From IMG/VR virus record IMGVR_UViG_3300027770_001980, positions 62,001-126,000 of that record: DNA of 64,000 nt, one strand, 5' to 3'. The notes beneath the pieces are model-generated. The model was not told the origin of the DNA, made no database searches, and saw nothing but the letters and a program-made list of their open reading frames with translations. Numbering within the stretch: the first letter of the stretch is position 1; each line of letters opens with the position of its first letter. Both the position numbers and the translations under genes were made by a program. Positions 25,764 to 35,306 of the stretch are shown here, one piece after another.

Positions 25764-26938
25764 TGCGTAAACTATATTACATGGGGCTTGAACCCTACAA
25801 AGCAAGGTACACTCTGCAATTGCAAGAGTGGAATACTAGTGTGTTTGATAAAAGAGGCATCGATTATGTTGTTGTGCCCGGGGAAACACTTAGTAATGAC
25901 CAAGCAATTGTAACAGGTCAAGTATTAGATGCACATGGTCGTACATACTACGGTATGAGCCAACTGATGAACTTGATCCGCATGATGAAAGCAGGAGAAC
26001 TAAACCATGAAGATGTTATCTATTTTGAGGACATGTTTCAGCCCGGCATCGAGAGCCTGCCTTATATTATGGATCAAATTGATCCTGGCCTTCGTCCCCG
26101 TATTTTTGTGCGGTGTCTTGCTCAGTCCATTGATCCTGATGATTTCGTTCATGTGTGGGGAATGGCGGGATGGATGGGACACTACGAGAAAATGGTGGAT
26201 AGCTTTGTTAGCGGTGTTTTGGCCACCAATGAGGAAATGGTAGCACACATGAAGATTGCAGGTTGGAAGGCTCCGATCTACAATATCTCAGGCTTGGCAT
26301 TTGGCAAAGCAGAAGTTCAGAGTCGTGTGGCCAGTATCCGACCATTCCATTCACGCAAACATCGTGTGGTGTTCTCGGCACGATGGGATCAGGAGAAACA
26401 ACCTGACTTCTACATGGACTTGATTGAAGCATGGAATGACCAACCAGGATTGGAACCGGTTGAGTTCTGTGTGTGCAGTGGTGGTAAACTAAAATCAAAT
26501 AGTGATAGCTATATGCAACGCACTCGTGACTTGGTTGCACGAGGATTGCTAACAATCTACGAGGATTTAGAAAAGAATGAATACTACAACATTGTTAATG
26601 ATAGTCGGGTTGTATTTAACTGTGCGTTACAAGATTGGGTTTCAAACACAGTCAGTGAGGCTGATGCACTCGGATGCAATGTGCTATACCCTGCTTATCG
26701 TAGCTTCCCTGAAACTTTTGCCAATGACCATACTCGTCTGTATGTGCCTTGGAGCATCGGCGATGCTATGGATAAGTTGGAATCGTTATTGGACACACCA
26801 CATCCAAACATGGGCGCAATCAGCGACTACAACGACGGAACAATCGACCGAATCATTGACATCTTGCAAGGCGACGGAGAAGACCTGTTGCGTATGAGCA
26901 CTGACTACAGAAAATACACCCGTGAATCAAAATACTAA
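25763..26938 (+). CDS. GT-B fold glycosyltransferase (GT4/phage glucosyltransferase-like)
   Basis: VVFSARWDQEKQPD, FNCALQDWVSNTVSEADALGCNVLYPAYRSFPE (GT4-like E-x7-E-type region). Confidence 0.75.
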   Translation: MRKLYYMGLEPYKARYTLQLQEWNTSVFDKRGIDYVVVPGETLSNDQAIVTGQVLDAHGRTYYGMSQLMNLIRMMKAGELNHEDVIYFEDMFQPGIESLPYIMDQIDPGLRPRIFVRCLAQSIDPDDFVHVWGMAGWMGHYEKMVDSFVSGVLATNEEMVAHMKIAGWKAPIYNISGLAFGKAEVQSRVASIRPFHSRKHRVVFSARWDQEKQPDFYMDLIEAWNDQPGLEPVEFCVCSGGKLKSNSDSYMQRTRDLVARGLLTIYEDLEKNEYYNIVNDSRVVFNCALQDWVSNTVSEADALGCNVLYPAYRSFPETFANDHTRLYVPWSIGDAMDKLESLLDTPHPNMGAISDYNDGTIDRIIDILQGDGEDLLRMSTDYRKYTRESKY

Positions 26939-27932
26939 ACGAGTAATCATAACAGGTGCGATGGGCTTTATCGGTAGTCATACCGCTAAGGCCTTTCAGC
27001 GAGCTGGCTATTATGTAATTGGCATTGACCGTGCATTGACTATTCCAGACGCCGCAAGATTTCTCAATGAAATGATCATAGATGATTTTGTTGACATTGC
27101 TGCAAAAGTTGCCAAAATAAACAACATCAACACTATCATACATATTGCAGGAACCAGTTTAGTTGGTCCCAGCATTGATAATCCTGGTGAATACTACAAT
27201 AATAATGTTGCCAAGACTAATCTTATGTTAGATGAACTGTCTCAACAGGGGTGGAAAGGCACTATTATATTCAGCAGCAGTGCAGCGACATATGGTAATG
27301 AATGTAGTGTTCCTATCGTTGAAGAGGCACAGGGTATTCCAGTCAGTCCATATGGGCACAGTAAGAAAATGTGTGAATATGTTATTGAAAGTCATTCACA
27401 TGCATACGGACACAAAGGCATCGCATTGAGATATTTCAATGCATGTGGATGTGACCCAGATAATGAACTTGGTAACAATTGGGATGATACACATTTAATT
27501 CCCAGAGTAGTTCAAAGTGCATTAGAGAGAACTACATTGACTATCAATGGTAATGATTTTCCAACCAATGATGGAACCTGTATAAGAGATTATCTACATG
27601 TATCAGACATAGCAGATGCTCATGTTAAGGCTGTAGAACTTGCTAATAAACTCGACAGTGGCATATTTAAAGCATATAATTTAGGAACAGGTGTAGGCAT
27701 AAGCAATCTTGAAATAGTACAGGCTGTATCTAATGCAGGACTTAAAGTTGATTATAAATTTGGTCCAAAGAGATTCGGTGATCCAGCTGAGTTGATTGCC
27801 AATCCAACACAGTTTATGTCTAATACAGGATGGGATCCTAAATATAGTAAATTAGAAACTATTGTATCCACTACTGTTAAATGGATGGAAAATTTAGATA
27901 TTCAAATTATAAAAGCAGAATTTATTGCTTAG
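26922..27932 (+). CDS. galE: UDP-glucose 4-epimerase / NDP-sugar epimerase
   Basis: TGAMGFIGSH Rossmann motif, FSSSAATYG, SPYGHSK (YxxxK), LRYFNACG, RDYLHVSDIADAH. Confidence 0.92.
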   Translation: MNQNTKRVIITGAMGFIGSHTAKAFQRAGYYVIGIDRALTIPDAARFLNEMIIDDFVDIAAKVAKINNINTIIHIAGTSLVGPSIDNPGEYYNNNVAKTNLMLDELSQQGWKGTIIFSSSAATYGNECSVPIVEEAQGIPVSPYGHSKKMCEYVIESHSHAYGHKGIALRYFNACGCDPDNELGNNWDDTHLIPRVVQSALERTTLTINGNDFPTNDGTCIRDYLHVSDIADAHVKAVELANKLDSGIFKAYNLGTGVGISNLEIVQAVSNAGLKVDYKFGPKRFGDPAELIANPTQFMSNTGWDPKYSKLETIVSTTVKWMENLDIQIIKAEFIA

Positions 27933-28827
27933 TGAATTTCATTATCTTTTGATCTCTTTTTGAAACACAGGATATCATTGTACATTGATCAGGTTCAGTT
28001 GGCAATTTCAATCTGTTAAGATTGCTTTGTTGTTTTTCAGCATCTGAAAATAATTCTTTGATATTTGTCCATATATTTCCCAAAGGTTTATTGTTACAAT
28101 CACTGCCTGATACCCAACCCAAGTGAGAAATATTTAAAGACTCAATTCCAGTATTGCATAAAATTCCTGTATAACTAGGATTTGAACTATAGGTATCTTT
28201 ATATCGTTGATCATGTGTTGTTGATTTAAAGTATTTTTGTTCACTAACTAACTCTTCTCCGCGAATTATTCTTAATTGTTTTTCTGTATAAGGAAACATT
28301 CCACCAACAGTCGATGCATGATTATACAAGATACATTTGCTCACAGATATTCCAAATTCATTTTCTACCTCTAATGCGCGAGCCATGTCATCATCAAAGA
28401 AATCAGGACGAATTGGAACCATAACATTTATTTCTTTTTCTTTTTTTTGAAATAATTGTATAATAAACCTGATAAGAGGGTATTGTTGCCAATAATGATA
28501 TGTTAAATGCAATACTGTTACTCGAGTTTCCATTGCCCACCAATCAACCCAAAGTTTTCCACCATTTGTGTGTAACTCGATTCTTCCATCATTTTCATTG
28601 CACACTCTGAGTAAGACAGGAAAATCAATGAGATCCAACGGTTCACCCCCGTTGAAAGTCCAATGTACTGTTCTCCCTAAAGACCGATAATGAGAAATAA
28701 TCTCCAAAGCAACTGCCGTGTATTCTCCAATGCTATGTTCTAAAAGCCCTCCTCTAATTTGCGAGGGACAATAGGAACATTCAGAAGTACAATGGTTGTG
28801 TAAATTCCATACTACATCGGTGATCAT
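27922..28827 (-). CDS. Radical SAM protein (antisense to surrounding genes)
   Basis: CTSECSYC (CxxxCxxC), FNGGEP, HTNG; C-terminal Cys (CNTG, GSDC, CTMISC) suggests a SPASM/twitch-like domain. Confidence 0.85.
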   Translation of the reverse strand: MITDVVWNLHNHCTSECSYCPSQIRGGLLEHSIGEYTAVALEIISHYRSLGRTVHWTFNGGEPLDLIDFPVLLRVCNENDGRIELHTNGGKLWVDWWAMETRVTVLHLTYHYWQQYPLIRFIIQLFQKKEKEINVMVPIRPDFFDDDMARALEVENEFGISVSKCILYNHASTVGGMFPYTEKQLRIIRGEELVSEQKYFKSTTHDQRYKDTYSSNPSYTGILCNTGIESLNISHLGWVSGSDCNNKPLGNIWTNIKELFSDAEKQQSNLNRLKLPTEPDQCTMISCVSKRDQKIMKFTKQ

Positions 28828-28842
28828 TTTTTCTAAATAGTG

Positions 28843-28870
28843 TTGACTTTTCTAAATACAAGTGTATAAT
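28843..28870 (+). promoter_or_regulatory. sigma70-type promoter for queE
   Basis: TTGACT (28843-28848), 16 bp, TATAAT (28865-28870). Confidence 0.65.
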
Positions 28871-28888
28871 TACTTATCGAGGATTAAT

Positions 28889-29734
28889 ATGTCAAAGATT
28901 AAGATAGCAGAACTTTTCTACTCTATACAGGGCGAGGGTAGATATATGGGGGTGCCCAGTGTGTTCCTTAGAACTTTTGGATGTAATTTCCGCTGTGCAG
29001 GCTTCGGTATGCCGCGGGGAGAACTAAGTGAAGAAGCCAATAATATCAATCCGATAGAATTTAAAACATATAACGAACTCCCGCTTGTTAGCACAGGATG
29101 TGATAGTTATGCCAGTTGGGATCCACGTTTTAAAGATCTCAGTCCACTACTTACTACAGATGCTATTGCCGACGCCATTGTGGATACACTACCGTACAAA
29201 GAATGGCGTGACGAACATCTTGTAATCACAGGTGGCGAGCCTTTGTTGGGTTGGCAACGTGCTTATCCAGATTTGCTCGATCATCCCAAGATGGCAGGAC
29301 TTAAAGAAATTACATTTGAAACAAATGGCACTCAGAAACTTGACCCCAGATTCTATGAGTTTCTAAAAGCATGGCGTAACGATTCTCCTATTGAAAGAGA
29401 AATCACATTCTCGGTAAGTGCTAAACTTCCTTGCTCAGGTGAGAAGTGGGATGAAGCAATCTTACCCAAGGTTGTTTGTGAATACGAAGAAGTTGGCACA
29501 GCATATCTAAAGTTTGTTATTGCTAACGAACAAGACTTTGCAGATGCAGAATGTGCTATTGCCGCGTATCGTCGTCCAGGATTTAAAGGACATGTTTATC
29601 TAATGCCAGTAGGCGGTGTGGAAAGTGTCTATACGATGAACAATCGTAATGTAGCATTGTTGGCAATGAAACACGGACTACGCTACAGTGATCGACTCCA
29701 AGTGCCACTGTTTAAGAACGAGTGGGGAACTTAA
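28889..29734 (+). CDS. queE: 7-carboxy-7-deazaguanine synthase (radical SAM)
   Basis: ELFYSIQGEGRYMGVPSVFLRTFGCNFRC...GCDS, VITGGEP, FETNG, SDRLQ; start refined to ATG 28889 after GAGG. Confidence 0.93.
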   Translation: MSKIKIAELFYSIQGEGRYMGVPSVFLRTFGCNFRCAGFGMPRGELSEEANNINPIEFKTYNELPLVSTGCDSYASWDPRFKDLSPLLTTDAIADAIVDTLPYKEWRDEHLVITGGEPLLGWQRAYPDLLDHPKMAGLKEITFETNGTQKLDPRFYEFLKAWRNDSPIEREITFSVSAKLPCSGEKWDEAILPKVVCEYEEVGTAYLKFVIANEQDFADAECAIAAYRRPGFKGHVYLMPVGGVESVYTMNNRNVALLAMKHGLRYSDRLQVPLFKNEWGT

Positions 29735-29737
29735 ATA

Positions 29738-29830
29738 ATGTTCTTCTGGGGATTTTTACTTGGATATATAACAGCAGTATTCTATATGGCACATCGCGCT
29801 AATGTAAATGCCAGAGTGGACAGAGAATAA
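29738..29830 (+). CDS. 30-aa single-pass membrane peptide (not in ORF track)
   Basis: MFFWGFLLGYITAVFYMAHRANVNARVDRE*; fills the gap between queE and the next ATG at 29832. Confidence 0.55.
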   Translation: MFFWGFLLGYITAVFYMAHRANVNARVDRE

Positions 29831-29831
29831 T

Positions 29832-30092
29832 ATGCCCATGGATGATTTAACAGATGTAGTATCGCAATCACATCGATCTACAGATTGGGGGATACATTTT
29901 GTTAATAATTGGCATCTACATTTCTGCTTATTGCCAAGAAGGTGCCTCTTTACTGACAAGACAATCTGGTTTGAGAAATGTTATAAAGGCAGTAGATCAA
30001 TTGAAGGGTTAGCCGGAGAGAAACCTCTCGTTGTAGAATACTACATAGACAAGTTTGAATTTATAAAATGGAATTTAAAGGGAAAACCATGA
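29832..30092 (+). CDS. Hypothetical protein
   Basis: Start refined to ATG 29832; FCLLPRRC...IWF pattern. Confidence 0.6.
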   Translation: MPMDDLTDVVSQSHRSTDWGIHFVNNWHLHFCLLPRRCLFTDKTIWFEKCYKGSRSIEGLAGEKPLVVEYYIDKFEFIKWNLKGKP

Positions 30093-30685
30093 ATATTACA
30101 CCGTTGTTTGCCATACCCGTTGGTATTTCTAATATCGGAAGAGCGTGGACTGAAGAAGAAATATCATTTTTTAAAAATTTAGAACTACATGGAAATGTAG
30201 GAAATAAGGTTTCTGTTAATAAAAAAGTATTAGAACACTTAGAAGATATAAAAGGTTTTATATTAAATTCCGTTAAGCGTTATGTAGAAACAACTGATCC
30301 ATTACCAGATGATATAGAAATATATATAACACAATCGTGGATAAATCTTACAGAGGAAAAAGAATATCATCACGCTCATACTCATCCTAACAGCATAATA
30401 AGTGGAGTACTTTATATAAACGCCGATAGAGAGGTTGATAAAATAGTGGTTCATAATGAAAGAAGAAAAAGAATTCTTAAATATAAACCAGTCAGTTGGA
30501 ATCCATTTAATAGTGAAGTATGGCGTTTTAATGTTGGTACTGGAGACCTAATAATGTTTCCTTCGGAACTTAAACATGAAGTTGAAAATAAAGTTGGAAG
30601 TAATTTCCGAGTGAGTTTATCCTTTAACACATTTTTAAAAGGTAAGATTGGAGATGAACACGAATTGACAGAATTAATATTATAA
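30089..30685 (+). CDS. 2OG-Fe(II) oxygenase (TIGR02466-like)
   Basis: SWIN...HHAHTHPNSIISGVLY, FPSELKHEV, RVSLSFN; ATGA-coupled start at 30089. Confidence 0.85.
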   Translation: MNITPLFAIPVGISNIGRAWTEEEISFFKNLELHGNVGNKVSVNKKVLEHLEDIKGFILNSVKRYVETTDPLPDDIEIYITQSWINLTEEKEYHHAHTHPNSIISGVLYINADREVDKIVVHNERRKRILKYKPVSWNPFNSEVWRFNVGTGDLIMFPSELKHEVENKVGSNFRVSLSFNTFLKGKIGDEHELTELIL

Positions 30686-30695
30686 AGAGAATACC

Positions 30696-31130
30696 ATGAT
30701 TGAATTTATTAAAAAAATGTTTAGTGGCAACAATAAAGAAGCAGTATTCGCGGCTCCCAAGTTGTCCGAACCAACGGTAAATCCGGAAATACCAAAAGAG
30801 AAGAAACCACGCAAACCAAAAAAAGTAGTCGAATTATCTCCAAAAGAAGCAGCAACCAAACGTGGTGAACCCTGGGTAGCGGTTTTGGATACTCATGTAA
30901 ACAAAGATAATATTCGTAATGGCTTCTTTGAACTTGACTGGAATGAGTTTTTTGTGCTACAATTACGAAGCAATGGGTTTCAAGGTGAAACCGAAGAAGC
31001 CGTTGTTGACCAATGGTTCCAGGAACTATGTAGAAATATCGGAAGTGAAGCGGATATTAATATGGACCGAAGAGGTAGCGGTTTTATTAATGTCAATAAT
31101 TTAGGTAATGGAAAATCGGAGATTTCATAA
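30696..31130 (+). CDS. Hypothetical protein
   Basis: 144 aa; EPWVAVL...GFFELDWNE...VDQWF. Confidence 0.7.
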   Translation: MIEFIKKMFSGNNKEAVFAAPKLSEPTVNPEIPKEKKPRKPKKVVELSPKEAATKRGEPWVAVLDTHVNKDNIRNGFFELDWNEFFVLQLRSNGFQGETEEAVVDQWFQELCRNIGSEADINMDRRGSGFINVNNLGNGKSEIS

Positions 31131-31741
31131 TGAATTTGTCAACTGATAGTTCTGATTATGATGTGTTATATCGTGCTGCGGCTTCTATTAAAGATATAGA
31201 TGGCGCTATTTGCGAGATTGGTACACGCCTCGGTGGGAGTTTGCAATATATTGTTGAAGGTCTATTGGCAGCAAATGATCTAAATCGCAATGTTGTTTGT
31301 TTAGATCCATATGGAAATATTGATTTCTACGATAGCGAATATAGTAAATCCAAATCTGATTACACTAATGATATGCGTAATACTGCGATGGCAAATATTT
31401 ACGAATATCTAAAAGATAAACCCGTTAATGTAGTATTATTGTGTTTAGAAGATAAGGAATACTTTAATAGATTCCAAGACGGATTTCCTTTCTATCAAGA
31501 GCATAAACAAATCGTCAATCAATATAGTCTTGTTTTCTTCGACGGCCCCCACGTGAGTAATTCAGTTCTTGAAGAAATTCAATTTTTCTATCCAAGATCT
31601 GTAGTAGGTACAAAATTTGTATTTGACGATATCAACAAATATAATCATCAACCCATACACGACAATTTAATCAGTAATGATTTCCAACTTATCAATTTTG
31701 GTAACAATCAAGTCAAATCCTGCTATATTAAAATCAAATGA
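31130..31741 (+). CDS. Class I SAM-dependent methyltransferase (Methyltransf_24/TylF-like)
   Basis: CEIGTRLGGS motif I, VFFDGPH, FVFDD. Confidence 0.8.
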   Translation: MNLSTDSSDYDVLYRAAASIKDIDGAICEIGTRLGGSLQYIVEGLLAANDLNRNVVCLDPYGNIDFYDSEYSKSKSDYTNDMRNTAMANIYEYLKDKPVNVVLLCLEDKEYFNRFQDGFPFYQEHKQIVNQYSLVFFDGPHVSNSVLEEIQFFYPRSVVGTKFVFDDINKYNHQPIHDNLISNDFQLINFGNNQVKSCYIKIK

Positions 31742-32730
31742 ACAAAACATATATTCTCGTAGATACAGCAAATACTTTCTTCCGTGCGAGACACGCTACT
31801 CGCGGGGATCTCAATGATAAGATTGGAATGAGCCTTGCGACTGTATTAGGTAGTGTTCGCAAGGCATGGCGTGACTTTAAAGGTGATCACGTTATCTTCT
31901 TTTTAGAAGGTCGCAGTTGGCGAAAGGATGTATATGCTCCTTATAAACGTCAACGAACTGAAGCCCGTGCTGCTCAAAGCCCGCGTGAAGCTGAAGAAGA
32001 CCGTGTATTTTGGGAAACATTTGATCAGTTTAAAGATTACATTACTAACAAGACTAATTGCACAGTACTGCAACATGAACGTTTAGAAGCAGATGATTTA
32101 ATCGCAGGATGGATTCAAGGTCACCCAACTGATAACCATATTATTATTTCAACAGATGGCGACTTTGCACAATTGATCGCACCCAACGTCAAGCAATATA
32201 ATGGTGTCATGCAGATCACAACCACACATCTTGGATACTTCGATGAAAAAGGTAAGTATGTCATTGATAAAAAGACTAAACTGCCAAAAGGCATCCCGGA
32301 TCCAGAATGGCTACTATTCGAGAAATGTATGCGTGGCGACACCTCCGACAACATCTTTAGTGCTTATCCGGGAGTACGTGAGAAGGGGACAAAGAATAAG
32401 GTTGGTCTCCGTGAGGCCTTTGCCGATCGAGCAAGCCGCGGATATAATTGGAACAACATGATGTTGCAGCGTTGGACCGACCACGAAGGTGTTGAACATC
32501 GTGTGTTAGACGACTATCAACGTAATGTTGTTCTTTGCGATTTGACAGCACAGCCTGAAGATGTTAAAGTTATTATGAAAGAAACAATCGAAACTGCTAC
32601 TCGAGCAGAAAAGAGTATTCCACAAGTTGGAGTAAGATTGCTCAAATTATGCTCCGAATATGATCTAAACAAGATCAGCGAACAGGTTCAAAGTTATGCA
32701 GAACCATTAAATGCAAGGTATATAGCATGA
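31738..32730 (+). CDS. rnh: 5'-3' exonuclease / RNase H (T4 Rnh, FEN-like)
   Basis: LVDTAN, EADDLIA, STDGDFAQL, GDTSDNI. Confidence 0.92.
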   Translation: MNKTYILVDTANTFFRARHATRGDLNDKIGMSLATVLGSVRKAWRDFKGDHVIFFLEGRSWRKDVYAPYKRQRTEARAAQSPREAEEDRVFWETFDQFKDYITNKTNCTVLQHERLEADDLIAGWIQGHPTDNHIIISTDGDFAQLIAPNVKQYNGVMQITTTHLGYFDEKGKYVIDKKTKLPKGIPDPEWLLFEKCMRGDTSDNIFSAYPGVREKGTKNKVGLREAFADRASRGYNWNNMMLQRWTDHEGVEHRVLDDYQRNVVLCDLTAQPEDVKVIMKETIETATRAEKSIPQVGVRLLKLCSEYDLNKISEQVQSYAEPLNARYIA

Positions 32731-33209
32731 ATGCAACAATTTCAAAAGTATTGATTCCTAATAAAGAATGGATCATTGAGAATTCAGGTAAGAAGATCGG
32801 ATCTATTGCTAAGAATAAGAAAGGGTATGTATTCTTACGTAACGGAAAAATGGCAGAACTCAAGAGTTACAAGGATGTAGTCGATACTTTGGCCACTGTT
32901 GATAAGAAGAAGTTCCAAACATTTGAAATTGAACCACTTACCCATACAATCTATAACTATCCATGTAGATGCAAACCATATAATCCTTTGTATGATGTTA
33001 AGAATAAGTTGCCCTTATATACAAAGAACTTGAAAAGCAAGAGTAGATACTGTGCAGGTTACTATGTTATACAGTTTCAGAAGGGTTGGCTACGTAGTTT
33101 CTGCCCTAAATTGATCACACTTGAACGCAATCCGTATCAAGGTCCGTTTAAAACTTCACAGGAAATGAAGAATGTATTAAACACGTTAAATAAAACATGC
33201 GACAATTAA
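32727..33209 (+). CDS. Hypothetical protein
   Basis: 160 aa; KSRYCAGYY...CPKLITL. Confidence 0.7.
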   Translation: MNATISKVLIPNKEWIIENSGKKIGSIAKNKKGYVFLRNGKMAELKSYKDVVDTLATVDKKKFQTFEIEPLTHTIYNYPCRCKPYNPLYDVKNKLPLYTKNLKSKSRYCAGYYVIQFQKGWLRSFCPKLITLERNPYQGPFKTSQEMKNVLNTLNKTCDN

Positions 33210-33403
33210 ACACAATTCCTATAGAAGATTTTCTTGATAAGGCAAGAATAGCCATCAAAACCAATCAAAAATCATTGAATTTAACCATAAAAGAAGTAAC
33301 TGATCTACAGAATAGTTTATCAGTAGTAATGACAAGGTTAGCAGGCAAGGTAGATCAGTCTGTTTCCAGTGTTGAAGTTAAAATGGACGGTGGTAGGTTT
33401 TAG
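33197..33403 (+). CDS. Hypothetical protein
   Basis: 68-aa ORF ending MDGGRF. Confidence 0.6.
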   Translation: MRQLNTIPIEDFLDKARIAIKTNQKSLNLTIKEVTDLQNSLSVVMTRLAGKVDQSVSSVEVKMDGGRF

Positions 33404-33412
33404 GTAAATCCG

Positions 33413-33419
33413 ATAAATA
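33413..33419 (+). promoter_or_regulatory. Putative late promoter core (ATAAATA)
   Basis: Intergenic ATAAATA upstream of GGAG SD and the start at 33447. Confidence 0.45.
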
Positions 33420-33446
33420 TATACGCATATTTGGAGTGTATATATC

Positions 33447-33746
33447 GTGAGCAGACCTAAACCTAATGTATTATTGGAAATAACAAATAAGAAGTCATAC
33501 AAGACCGATCAGGTATTAGAGTCTGATGCTGTTTGGTCTGTATTCTATCAAGATAAACCAATCAATCTAAAGACCAGTAGCGTAGTAGCACAAGAAATGG
33601 GACCAAAGTATAAGAAAGTATCATTTGCCAATAGTGGACACGCATTTAATCTTGCGGAAAAACTAAACAAAATGTTTACCACAACTGAATTTTCCGTCTA
33701 CAAACTAACAACTGGTGAGAAAATCACCGATGAACCAAAAACTTAA
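33447..33746 (+). CDS. Hypothetical protein
   Basis: 99 aa; MSRPKP...GPKYKKVSFANSGHAFNLA. Confidence 0.7.
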   Translation: MSRPKPNVLLEITNKKSYKTDQVLESDAVWSVFYQDKPINLKTSSVVAQEMGPKYKKVSFANSGHAFNLAEKLNKMFTTTEFSVYKLTTGEKITDEPKT

Positions 33747-34110
33747 AATCACCAAAATAGTAGCAGAACAATTAGCACTGCCTACTGACGATGAATATTT
33801 GGATAGGCTTCGCCATGTATTTTGGACAAACCCCAGACTCAAGAAAAAAGGCGGTCTCGGCCTAACCGAACAGGGGTTTGAAAGCCTACAGAAAGCCGAT
33901 ATTAAATCACATAGAGTGGTATTTGAAGAAACAATGTTTCTTACAAACTCTTTGTTGATATGGATGGACAACAACATCGACTGTCCGTTTTACTTGACCC
34001 ACAAAGAGATCTATCTTTTTGGAGAAAGGATGGCTATACAACTTATACTGTTCTCCGGAAATCTCCAAAAACTACAAAGAGCACAGAAAAGATACGCTGA
34101 AATCACTTGA
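33730..34110 (+). CDS. Hypothetical protein
   Basis: Start probably the ATG of MNQKLKIT; LGLTEQG, IDCPFYL. Confidence 0.6.
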   Translation: MNQKLKITKIVAEQLALPTDDEYLDRLRHVFWTNPRLKKKGGLGLTEQGFESLQKADIKSHRVVFEETMFLTNSLLIWMDNNIDCPFYLTHKEIYLFGERMAIQLILFSGNLQKLQRAQKRYAEIT

Positions 34111-34135
34111 CAGCGACCGTAGATCTGTGTATAAT
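34107..34135 (+). promoter_or_regulatory. Consensus sigma70-type promoter for the MoxR-like ATPase
   Basis: TTGACA (34107-34112), 17 bp, TATAAT (34130-34135). Confidence 0.88.
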
Positions 34136-34197
34136 TAACGTATTGAAGCAAACAAGACCGCTACAATATCTAATTAACTTTTTAGAAAGACTACACT

Positions 34198-35280
34198 ATG
34201 GCAGAAGCAATCAGCACTAACCGTACAGTTACTCCTAACCAAGCAAAACGAAGTATCCGCAAGTGCGTTAAAATCCAACGTCCTGTGTTCATGTGGGGCC
34301 CTCCCGGTATTGGCAAATCCGATATCGTTAAACAAATTGGCGACGAGCAAGGCCGCGATGTTATTGACGTTCGTTTGAGCCTGTGGGAACCCACTGACAT
34401 CAAAGGTATCCCGTATTACAACAGTACCGAAAACACCATGACTTGGGCACCCCCTGCAGAACTGCCCACTGATCCCGAGTCTACTGCTATCCTGTTCTTG
34501 GATGAGTTGAATTCTGCTGCTCCTGCAACCCAAGCGGCTGCATTCCAATTGGTGCTGAACCGCCGCGTTGGTACTTATGTGCTACCTAAAGGTGTTAGCA
34601 TTGTGGCTGCTGGTAACCGCGAGGGCGATAAAGGTGTTACTTACCGCATGCCTGCTCCGTTGGCGAACCGTTTCGTTCACGTTGAACTCAAGTCCGACTA
34701 CGAAGATTGGCAAGAATGGGCTGTTAAGAACAAGATTCACGAGCAAGTTGTTGGTTATGTTGGCTTTGCTAAACAAGACTTGTATGACTTTGATCCAAAG
34801 TCCGCAAGCCGTGCGTTCGCTACTCCACGTTCGTGGTCTTTTGTTAGCGAATTGCTACACGATGACGACTTGGATGACAGCACTTTGACCGATTTGGTTG
34901 CAGGTGCAATTGGTGAAGGATTGGCAATTAAGTTTATGGCACACCGTCGTGTTGCTAAACAGATGCCTAACCCAACACATATTTTGAACGGTACTGTTAC
35001 TACTTGCAAGATCAAAGAAATCTCTGCGATGTATTCTTTGAGCATTAGCCTGTGCTATGAATTGCAGGATGCATATGAGAAGAAAGCCAAAGATTGGGAT
35101 GCCCAGGCAGATCGTTTCTTTGCGTTCATTATGGATAACTTCCCAACTGAACTGACTGTTATGGCATCTAAAGTGGCATTGACTACTTACAAACTGCCGT
35201 TTGATGCATCCAAGTTGAAACACTTCGATCGCTTCCATGACAAATACGGCAAGTATATTTTGGTCGCAATGGAAAGTTAA
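34198..35280 (+). CDS. MoxR/dynein-like AAA+ ATPase
   Basis: WGPPGIGKS Walker A, LFLDELN Walker B, AAGNR, LANRF, ATPRSW. Confidence 0.9.
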   Translation: MAEAISTNRTVTPNQAKRSIRKCVKIQRPVFMWGPPGIGKSDIVKQIGDEQGRDVIDVRLSLWEPTDIKGIPYYNSTENTMTWAPPAELPTDPESTAILFLDELNSAAPATQAAAFQLVLNRRVGTYVLPKGVSIVAAGNREGDKGVTYRMPAPLANRFVHVELKSDYEDWQEWAVKNKIHEQVVGYVGFAKQDLYDFDPKSASRAFATPRSWSFVSELLHDDDLDDSTLTDLVAGAIGEGLAIKFMAHRRVAKQMPNPTHILNGTVTTCKIKEISAMYSLSISLCYELQDAYEKKAKDWDAQADRFFAFIMDNFPTELTVMASKVALTTYKLPFDASKLKHFDRFHDKYGKYILVAMES

Positions 35281-35302
35281 AAAAGGCCCGCAAGGGCCTT
35301 TT
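35281..35302. terminator. Intrinsic (bidirectional) terminator
   Basis: AAAAGGCCC-GCAA-GGGCCTTTT: 9-bp stem with GNRA tetraloop, immediately after the ATPase stop. Confidence 0.9.
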
Positions 35303-35306
35303 CTAC

